Shown here: positions 56,951 to 64,000 of the stretch, in pieces
Position numbering within the stretch: the first letter of the stretch is position 1
How the letters are laid out: the number at the start of each line of letters is the position of its first letter
Sequence record: LC819007.1
Length of the DNA: 64,000 nt
Strand: one strand, 5' to 3'
Position numbers and translations under genes: made by a program
The notes under the pieces: model-generated
The model's database searches: none
Seen by the model: only the letters and a program-made list of their open reading frames with translations
What the model was told of the DNA's origin: nothing

Positions 56951-59086
56951 ATGAGCGATTTGAATCTTAAGCGGCTGACGGATCATGATTGGCTGCGCCA
57001 GTCGTTTATGATCATGCACGGCACGCAAGCTACAAGCAGCGGCGACCCCTCCGCTGACGACATGAAAGTTCGCGCTCGGTTCTTTACGACCGCTGACTTC
57101 AAGTTTGCCGATACCCGCCTGGGTGGCAACCTCGTGATCAATCCTGCGCCGCAGTTCACCCGCTACGCCGATCCGCGCGTTCGGGGGCTGTATCGCAACA
57201 GTAACGGCATGGGTCGTTACTACTCGGAAGCCATCGACGACAACAAGCGCGTCATCACGATGACTTTCGGAGTGCCGCAGTTTAACTCTCTGACCACTTT
57301 CTATCGGGGCTTCTACGATCACAACGCAGCGACTGTCGCGCGTACCGGTCGGGCTCCGTCCATCTTCTACACCGCAGGCCAGGTGATTGGCTTTGTGGCT
57401 GGTTTCCTCTCGCCTTGGCTGGTGCTGTATTCGCTGGGCTCCGCGTTTATCAAGAGCGCAATGAACCAGCCGTCGTCCAAGTATTACTTCTTCAAGCCCT
57501 CGATGGCAACCTACTGGAACGTGACGTCTGGTGTGGCCAACGATCTGGCGGTGAAGACGCAGCTGATCTCACGCTCGTTCGGTGATCCGCAACGTACGCC
57601 AGGCGACACGCGTGGCTCGCAATTGACGGCTGATGACACGGCGGAGATCAACTCGTACCTGTACGACGTGATCGACAGCTACGACGAAAACACCGGACAA
57701 GGTAACGGCATCAACGTGTATGCCGTGGCAACGCGTTACACCCGGATTCAGCGAGCGGCTTTCAAGACGCTTGAAGCCTACTACAAGGCGCGCAGTGTGC
57801 CGGATGACTTCTCAGCGACGGTCGACTCGGAAGGCAATGCCCTGATCCAGCAGGTGACGGACGCCATCAACCGACAAGAGTTGCGTCGCCCCAAAACTTC
57901 GTTTGCGGATTACATGCAACGTTGGACGGACGGCGGCTCCCCAGGTGCGTTTGCTGGCACGGGCGATAACAAGCTCTCTGACACGCTCACGCTGAGCCCG
58001 GATAGCTCAGGAGTCAATGGCGCTAACACAGGCTCAGCGACCCCTGCAGCGGGCTCTACGGCGACGCCTGCGGCTGGTGATGCAGCGGCACCGCAAGGTA
58101 CAACCGATCTGTTGACAGAAAAGTCGATTACTGAAGCCAGTTCGTCGGATCAAGACGCCTGGTACAAGTTCCTCGTGGCTGAACTCGATGACGGTGCGCA
58201 GTACGTATCGTTCCGGGTGGAGAACACAGGTACGGCCGATGAGTCTTTCAGCAGCACGGTAGGTGAGTCGGAAATCTCCTCGAAGATCAACTCGATCTCG
58301 GGCTCGGCTCGGCAGACACGCTTCTCGGCCGCTGACGGTAACATCGGTGGTGGGCTGGCTGGTTCGTTTGTGCAGGGCGTGCTGGGCAGTGTGAAAGACG
58401 TGGCGATGGGTGCAGCAAACTCACTCGGTATCGACGGGATTGCAGCGCTGGGCGGGAATGCGTTTGCCGACATTCCGAAGTTCTGGAACAACTCCAGCGC
58501 CTCTGTGCCGCGGATGAATTACCGGGTCAAGCTGATTTCGCCGTACGGTAACCGCTACTCGCGCTTTATCAACATCTGGTTGCCGTTCTCGATGTTGCTG
58601 GCCGGTGCACTCCCGCTCTCTGCAGGTCCGCACTCGTACACGTCGCCCTTCCTCTGTCAGCTGTATGACCGGGGTCGTGCACAGACGCGTCTGGGAATGA
58701 TCACCTCGTTGTCGGTCACGCGTGGTGGTGGCAACCTGGCGTTCAACAAAATCGGTGAGCCGATGGCGGTGGAAGTCTCGTTCACGGTGGAGGAACTCTC
58801 CAACATCGTGCACATGCCGATCATGAAGTCGTTCAACCCGATTACGTCTTTGTCGGTGTCGTCGATCTTCGATAACGAGTCGCTGTACCACGACTACATG
58901 GCTACCCTCTCGTCGCTCTCGTTGGCTGAGCAGATCTACGTGGGTGAGCGTCTGAAGCTGGGCGTGACTAAGTACCTGAAGAACCTCGATTCGTGGTTCA
59001 GTGTCCCGCACGCGATGAATGCGCTGGGTGACATGGCGCCGGTGCGTCTGTTCTCGGTATTCTTCGCTGGTGTGGCCAACCGGTAA
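56951..59086 (+). CDS. Tail tip / baseplate hub protein (phiKZ gp182-like)
   Basis: 711 aa directly after the tape-measure gene; synteny. Confidence 0.75.
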   Translation: MSDLNLKRLTDHDWLRQSFMIMHGTQATSSGDPSADDMKVRARFFTTADFKFADTRLGGNLVINPAPQFTRYADPRVRGLYRNSNGMGRYYSEAIDDNKRVITMTFGVPQFNSLTTFYRGFYDHNAATVARTGRAPSIFYTAGQVIGFVAGFLSPWLVLYSLGSAFIKSAMNQPSSKYYFFKPSMATYWNVTSGVANDLAVKTQLISRSFGDPQRTPGDTRGSQLTADDTAEINSYLYDVIDSYDENTGQGNGINVYAVATRYTRIQRAAFKTLEAYYKARSVPDDFSATVDSEGNALIQQVTDAINRQELRRPKTSFADYMQRWTDGGSPGAFAGTGDNKLSDTLTLSPDSSGVNGANTGSATPAAGSTATPAAGDAAAPQGTTDLLTEKSITEASSSDQDAWYKFLVAELDDGAQYVSFRVENTGTADESFSSTVGESEISSKINSISGSARQTRFSAADGNIGGGLAGSFVQGVLGSVKDVAMGAANSLGIDGIAALGGNAFADIPKFWNNSSASVPRMNYRVKLISPYGNRYSRFINIWLPFSMLLAGALPLSAGPHSYTSPFLCQLYDRGRAQTRLGMITSLSVTRGGGNLAFNKIGEPMAVEVSFTVEELSNIVHMPIMKSFNPITSLSVSSIFDNESLYHDYMATLSSLSLAEQIYVGERLKLGVTKYLKNLDSWFSVPHAMNALGDMAPVRLFSVFFAGVANR

Positions 59087-59106
59087 AACGACGGCAAAAA
59101 AAAAAG

Positions 59107-59144
59107 AAGAGAGGGGCCTTGCGGCTCCTCTCCCTTTTATGCCG
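59107..59144. terminator. Bidirectional terminator between the tail-tip gene and gene 59154-60383
   Basis: GAGAGGGGCC-TTGC-GGCTCCTCTC followed by TTTTATGCCG; A-run on the other side. Confidence 0.8.
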
Positions 59145-59153
59145 CTAAGAAAC

Positions 59154-60383
59154 TTACAGTCCGAGCAATGCTGCCAACGAGCCCTTGACCAAACGCGGGT
59201 CAATGGTGTTGTTATTGTTCAGCGACCGTGAGCCAGCCGTGTTACCGTCCGACTTGGGCAGTTGATCGTTGTACTGACTCAACAGCGCCACAGCCGGGAA
59301 GTCGCGTTTGATCGCGTCACCCACCGTTACCTCACGATACACCGAAGCAAGCCCGTAGACGGGCTGTACGCGCACCGGAGGGGTGTTACCGCGCGATTGT
59401 TCGGTGGCCCAGTACTTCACCCCTGTCATCAACAGGTTAGAGAAGTCGTTTGAGCCGCCTACCAGCGCCAACAGGTTCACCGCGGAGTTACCGTCGCTGC
59501 CGCGTTGCAACTGATCCCAGGTCGAATCCACATTCTCGAAGGAATGGAAGATGTCTTCGAAGCTGGTGAGTGTCTGACCACGATCACCCCGATACACGAA
59601 CGCCTTCGAGAAGCTTTGCGTGAAGCCCGGCGAGAAGACGTTGATCAGTTTGCCCGCGTTAGACGAAGACAGTTCCCGCAACATCTTGGTGTCGCTGTTG
59701 CGTAGCGCGATCGGCAGGACCGCTCGCGTCACCCGGCCCAGGATACCATTGTCATTCACCGTCTGAGCAATCGAGGTGAAGGCGCCCGAGATCCCCAGAT
59801 CGGAAGCCGTGGTGATCACCGAACCAAGCAGACCCGAAATAGCACCGGAGTCCTTGCCGGAGAAGATCGGCGAGCCCGTGTACTTGTTGATGAAGTTGCC
59901 CAGTGCGCGGATGTCACCAATCTTGGCCGAATTGACCATCGAGGTGGTGTCCTTGACGGTACAGATCAGTGATGCCGCTTTCTTCTGCGCGTACGTCTTG
60001 AGCATCGCGCCTTGCTTGAGCTTGTCGTTCAGGCCATTGTACATGTCCCGGAACTCGCTGTTGGTGCCGAGCAAGCGGTCCGTGAGCGTCTTCGCGTCAA
60101 ATGCCAGATCGTTACCGACCTTCTTCAGGAAGTCCGCTGCATCACCCGCAGCCAACTTCACATCCAGGAGCTTTTCGTTGATGGACAGTTCCAGATCCTG
60201 GATCGAGGTGATCACCGTGTCCTGTGCGCCATCAATCGCACTGGTGATCTTGTAAATATCCGCTGCCGCGACATCGTCGCTCGCCCCGCCCGAGAAGGTG
60301 CCTTGCGCCAATGTCGGGATAGTCGGGATGTTCGGTGTCGGGAGATTCGGAATTCCAAACGAGGGAAGCGATGGGAGATCCAT
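59154..60383 (-). CDS. Putative virion structural protein (409 aa)
   Basis: ORF converging on the tail-tip gene. Confidence 0.65.
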   Translation of the reverse strand: MDLPSLPSFGIPNLPTPNIPTIPTLAQGTFSGGASDDVAAADIYKITSAIDGAQDTVITSIQDLELSINEKLLDVKLAAGDAADFLKKVGNDLAFDAKTLTDRLLGTNSEFRDMYNGLNDKLKQGAMLKTYAQKKAASLICTVKDTTSMVNSAKIGDIRALGNFINKYTGSPIFSGKDSGAISGLLGSVITTASDLGISGAFTSIAQTVNDNGILGRVTRAVLPIALRNSDTKMLRELSSSNAGKLINVFSPGFTQSFSKAFVYRGDRGQTLTSFEDIFHSFENVDSTWDQLQRGSDGNSAVNLLALVGGSNDFSNLLMTGVKYWATEQSRGNTPPVRVQPVYGLASVYREVTVGDAIKRDFPAVALLSQYNDQLPKSDGNTAGSRSLNNNNTIDPRLVKGSLAALLGL

Positions 60384-60485
60384 AATCAGCCTATGAAAAC
60401 AAAAAAGAAATGCGGGAATATAAAGACCCTGCCCGCCTCCACCGCCACATGGGCAGGGAAGCAGGCAGGGTCTCAGGGCGGGGAG

Positions 60486-61034
60486 TTATTTCTTCAGGTA
60501 ACGTTTCTCGGCATCCAACCACACCGAAGGCACCACGCCTTCCTTGAGTGCAGTACGAATGTCTTCGAACCCTTGGATAAGCCAGCCGGCGTCCTTGGGT
60601 GTTACATGGAGACTGTTGGGGCCGAACGTGTAGTAGTGATCAAACGGCAGTTCGGACTCGATAATCAACTCCAGAATCCGCTCATGCTGAATGATCTTTT
60701 GGTAGTTCGCAGCGACGATGTCCTGTTTGAACTCCTCATACCACTTGTACCCCATCGTACGTCCCACTTGTTTCGCCCGAAAGCCGCTCAGATAACGCAG
60801 TCGGTCTTCGGTGAAGCCCGAGCGCGCCCAATACCATAAACCTTCCATAGAATAGAAAGGTCCGAAGTACGGATGCGTAAAGGGCGAGTGGGCAAAGTGA
60901 GACAGCAACCGCCCTAGCTCGGTGCGGCCCATCGAATGGATGTTGATGTGATCCACCCCATCCTTATCAACGGAAAAGCCGGCCTCGCTCTTGATGCCTT
61001 GATGGTACTTCGACTTTGCGTCTTTACGGTTCAT
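60486..61034 (-). CDS. NADAR-superfamily-like protein (T4 gp30.3-type)
   Basis: LSHFAHSPF..F.SMEGLWYW and LSGFRAKQVGR align by eye with NADAR SNF..PF..(T/S)xEH and A..GR motifs. Confidence 0.55.
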   Translation of the reverse strand: MNRKDAKSKYHQGIKSEAGFSVDKDGVDHINIHSMGRTELGRLLSHFAHSPFTHPYFGPFYSMEGLWYWARSGFTEDRLRYLSGFRAKQVGRTMGYKWYEEFKQDIVAANYQKIIQHERILELIIESELPFDHYYTFGPNSLHVTPKDAGWLIQGFEDIRTALKEGVVPSVWLDAEKRYLKK

Positions 61035-61057
61035 GATGGTAAGTCTCTGAGTATGCG

Positions 61058-61897
61058 TCATTTGCGGGGAGCAAAGTTGATAGGCGTTTCGCACTCGGAA
61101 ATGGTGCCATCTTCCCGATACGCCGTGATGTGGATCGTAAAGTTCGCGACCTGCAGAAACCTCAGCCCCTTGCAAAATACTTTCCACGTCATCTTGGAAA
61201 GACGAAACTCCTTGTTGAGATTACCCCGCACGCTTTGACGCTTCTCCGCCGTCAGCTGTCCCTCTGTGGCGTCGATAAAAGTCGTCAGCATCTGATTCCA
61301 CTGGATCTGCGAAAACCCTTTCCCATCCGTCATGCTCAGGCAGATGAGATTAAAGAGCCGCGCCAGCACACCGCTTGCACCACTGCTGTAAGTGCGATGC
61401 GCTGCACGTCGACCCTTCGTGTCATTGCGATGGACCGCAGGCCCCATCGGCAACTCTTTCGGGAACAGCGGTTCGAACTTGCTGTTGGGCACAAAGCTCA
61501 CGCTCGTGAACGAGTTGAACTCGCGCCCGTCTTTCAGTTCACCGTAGATCGACACCGTGAAGGCTTCGAACTTGAGGAACTTCAGCCCCTTTTCGATCAA
61601 GACGTTCCACGTCATTGACGGCCGACGTAGTTCCTTGTTCACATTCCCGCGAATGCTGGAGCGATCCATCGTGGTGTTGCTCTCGACCACCTTGCGGATG
61701 TAGTCGATCATCAGTTTGTTCCACTGGATCGGAGAAATTCCACGACCCCCAGTGACGTCCAAACAGATGGTGTTGAAAAGGCGTGTAAGAACACCCTCGA
61801 CACCGCCAGCGATGCGAAATCCCTGTGTTATCTGCTTTTCGCTCAACGGCATACCCGGTATGATCCGGACAGCGGTTGAACGTTGCTTCGTTTCCAT
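61058..61897 (-). CDS. Hypothetical protein with two tandem copies of a roughly 100-aa domain
   Basis: GVLTRLFNTICL..RGNVNKELRRPSMTW vs GVLARLFNLICL..RGNLNKEFRLSKMTW. Confidence 0.8.
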   Translation of the reverse strand: METKQRSTAVRIIPGMPLSEKQITQGFRIAGGVEGVLTRLFNTICLDVTGGRGISPIQWNKLMIDYIRKVVESNTTMDRSSIRGNVNKELRRPSMTWNVLIEKGLKFLKFEAFTVSIYGELKDGREFNSFTSVSFVPNSKFEPLFPKELPMGPAVHRNDTKGRRAAHRTYSSGASGVLARLFNLICLSMTDGKGFSQIQWNQMLTTFIDATEGQLTAEKRQSVRGNLNKEFRLSKMTWKVFCKGLRFLQVANFTIHITAYREDGTISECETPINFAPRK

Positions 61898-61965
61898 AGC
61901 TCTATTCCTTTCCGGAAAAGCATGTGATTATCTGACACGGTCTACTCCCCGCGTCTAGTTAAGAG

Positions 61966-62469
61966 TCAGTGACTCGCCGCCTCCACCGCCTTACAGACGT
62001 TCTGGATGCTGGTGAAACACTTCCCCATCAGGCGAACCGAGTAATCGATTCCCTGAGCCTTGCGCTCCTGCGCGCGAGCGATGGCTGTGAAAAGCCTGCG
62101 ACACCCTTCGACGAATTTGTCAAACTCGTCAAGCGGAATGTACATGCCTTCCTCGTCGGTGAAGAACTGGTCCAGCGTGATGTCCTTCACTTCTGCGAAA
62201 CAGTCCTTGGGCGCCAGCCCTTCGTCCAGTTCCAGCATGCTCGCGTAATGATTGATGCGCTCGTTAAACGACAGCACATCGGTATTCACGCACTGCAGAT
62301 ACACGCCCGAGGCTCGCACCGGGTTAAAGGGCATGCGGTTATCGATCTTGATCGCGACCTGTTCGACGAGCGCACTCGCCTGATCCTGCTTGGACAGGTT
62401 CTCGACCTTCGCCTGTTCATCGTTGCGGCTCTTGCTTTGCATAAAGCCGCTCAAAAGTTGCCTAAGCAT
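61966..62469 (-). CDS. Conserved hypothetical protein
   Basis: ORF in operon. Confidence 0.7.
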   Translation of the reverse strand: MLRQLLSGFMQSKSRNDEQAKVENLSKQDQASALVEQVAIKIDNRMPFNPVRASGVYLQCVNTDVLSFNERINHYASMLELDEGLAPKDCFAEVKDITLDQFFTDEEGMYIPLDEFDKFVEGCRRLFTAIARAQERKAQGIDYSVRLMGKCFTSIQNVCKAVEAASH

Positions 62470-62549
62470 GGGTTAGCCTGAGAGAGTGGTGAGAGAGATT
62501 GCGCATACCAGTGATATGCAAACGATAATCCCCATAGGTAAATTCTGAC

Positions 62550-62954
62550 TCAGTGATACTCGCCGGAGGGTGTGGGTGGTGTGATGGCTGGATTGAATGC
62601 AACGATCCCGCCGGGCATCGGCACCATAGCTTTCTCGCCATACCGCTCGACGTACTCGTTGGTATCCAGTTCTTCGAGCCGCACAATGGCACCCGCTTTT
62701 TCCAGCATCCCCATCGCCAGGTTCACTTTGTGATTGACGAGGGTGCGCAGGTACTGGTCGCGCGATTCGGGTGATTCGCTGTAACGCCGGTTCACCTCGA
62801 TCAGTGCTTCACGGATGATGAGCTGTAGCGATTCCATGGGCATGGTGAAATGCTTCATGGCGTAAAACATCATGGAGTCGATTTGTCCGCTCGCGTCGAT
62901 GGGGTACACGCGGACGAACTCCTCAACAATGGGAAATTGCGTATCGATTGTCAT
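62550..62954 (-). CDS. Hypothetical protein (134 aa)
   Basis: ORF; CATATTAC motif about 65 nt upstream. Confidence 0.7.
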   Translation of the reverse strand: MTIDTQFPIVEEFVRVYPIDASGQIDSMMFYAMKHFTMPMESLQLIIREALIEVNRRYSESPESRDQYLRTLVNHKVNLAMGMLEKAGAIVRLEELDTNEYVERYGEKAMVPMPGGIVAFNPAITPPTPSGEYH

Positions 62955-63018
62955 AGGCGCATAAAAGGTATTATTTGAAGACTACACACGGGACAGTTCT
63001 GAAACTGCTCTCCTGTAG

Positions 63019-63026
63019 GTAATATG
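63019..63026 (-). promoter_or_regulatory. CATATTAC putative early promoter
   Basis: Same 8-mer in a divergent intergenic region, facing gene 62550-62954. Confidence 0.55.
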
Positions 63027-63056
63027 TGCTCAGCAGATTATACGTTCGAGGCGAAC

Positions 63057-63584
63057 ATGAGTGAGATCCAAACCGTGCCCGATACGGCACAAACGGGGCA
63101 ACCTGCCCCGCTGAATGACGATGACGTCCTGGCCTATACCCGAGGTATCCGGGTCAAGATCGTGAAGACGATTACCGAGAATCAGGAAACCAAAGGCATG
63201 CCCGTGGATAACGGACAAGCCAACCTGCTCGTGAATATGCTCAACGGTCTGGACAGCCAGGCGATGGGCAACAAGAAGCTGGCCCAGGAACAACGCAACA
63301 ACGACAACACTGCAGCAGTGGTGGCCGAGCTCTTGCGCAGTATCGACAAGAACAAGGCCTTCCAGTTGACCCCGGGTTCGAACGATGAGGTTATCGACGT
63401 CGAATCCCGGGTGGTGCCGCTCGATGCAATGCCGGTGACGTCCCTGCCGGGTGAGATGGACGTCGCCCCGCCGCAGCTGGACTACGCGAGCTTTGTCCGT
63501 TCACAGGGCAAGGACGTGGATGCACTGGGCCGCAACGCCAAGCACGACGAAGCAGATGATGACGAAGACGACGGCATGCCTTAA
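63057..63584 (+). CDS. Hypothetical protein with acidic C-terminus
   Basis: GAGG RBS before ATG 63057. Confidence 0.7.
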   Translation: MSEIQTVPDTAQTGQPAPLNDDDVLAYTRGIRVKIVKTITENQETKGMPVDNGQANLLVNMLNGLDSQAMGNKKLAQEQRNNDNTAAVVAELLRSIDKNKAFQLTPGSNDEVIDVESRVVPLDAMPVTSLPGEMDVAPPQLDYASFVRSQGKDVDALGRNAKHDEADDDEDDGMP

Positions 63585-64000
63585 AGCAAGTCGTAGGCTT
63601 CACTCAGATCCACTTGAGGCAACGGGTTTTCTCGCACAAGCTCCGCTCCAGGGTGGTGCTTGTCGAGAAACTCTTTTATGTCGCTTTCCGTCACCTCGAC
63701 CCGTTTGACCATCTCGGCCGCCGAGTGCTTGTTGATGGCTTCGTGAATAGAGAACAGTGACACCGGCATGTGTTTCAGCCGGAACAACGACGCGACAGCC
63801 TGCTCGGTCATCCTGAACGGGTTCTGCTTCTTCAGATCCAACTGGTCGATGTCGTCTTGCGTTGGCATCTGCACGAAGATCTCCGGCACCACCAATGTGA
63901 CAGTGGGAATGCCGCGCAGCTCGAAGAACGTCTTGTGCTTGTCCAGCCAGTCGATCCATTCATACCGGATCATGATCTGGTAGTTCCGCACGCAGTATTC
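63581..64000 (-). CDS. Conserved jumbo-phage protein, 3' part (gene begins beyond the window)
   Basis: Frame is open to the window edge; stop overlaps the stop of the convergent gene. Confidence 0.65.
   Translation of the reverse strand, partial: EYCVRNYQIMIRYEWIDWLDKHKTFFELRGIPTVTLVVPEIFVQMPTQDDIDQLDLKKQNPFRMTEQAVASLFRLKHMPVSLFSIHEAINKHSAAEMVKRVEVTESDIKEFLDKHHPGAELVRENPLPQVDLSEAYDLL

Noticed and set aside
1-64000. Alternative genetic code, introns or inteins in polymerase, terminase or RNAP genes
   Set aside because: All core genes read full-length in code 11 at expected sizes; no intein C-terminal HN/C motifs or intron breaks seen
1-64000. CRISPR array, or regularly spaced repeats formed by the hairpin-TATG elements
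   Set aside because: Stems differ in sequence and sit at gene boundaries with irregular spacing; no repeat-spacer periodicity

Overview
This window is a 64 kb slice of a phiKZ-like jumbo phage genome (Chimalliviridae-type, nucleus-forming). It is fairly GC-rich, and a betaproteobacterial or similar host is my inference only. Recognisable core genes: a divergent family-B DNA polymerase subunit, the PhuZ tubulin, terminase large subunit, baseplate/head structural genes, tail sheath and tube, and prohead protease. The window also holds three virion RNA polymerase subunits (beta-N, beta'-middle, beta'-C), a 2522-aa tape-measure/lytic transglycosylase and a tail-tip protein. Gene order matches what I recall of phiKZ gp25-50 and gp175-182 (SPN3US gp238-245); this mapping rests on motifs and synteny, and no database search was run. 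Accessory content includes a freestanding HNH endonuclease, a CrpP/Rmf-like small protein, a probable NADAR protein and an island (about 31.9-37.1 kb) of lipoprotein and exported-protein genes. The most notable unexplained signals are: (1) a ParB/Srx-like domain fused to the catalytic vRNAP beta' subunit behind two prohead-protease sites; (2) the envelope-targeted island with a paralog pair and a 55-aa mini-lipoprotein; (3) about 20 intergenic hairpins sharing a YTATGC tail; (4) a CATATTAC motif upstream of accessory genes; (5) several long structured non-coding regions. Start codons were adjusted by eye from the ORF track. I saw no tRNA, rRNA or CRISPR array.
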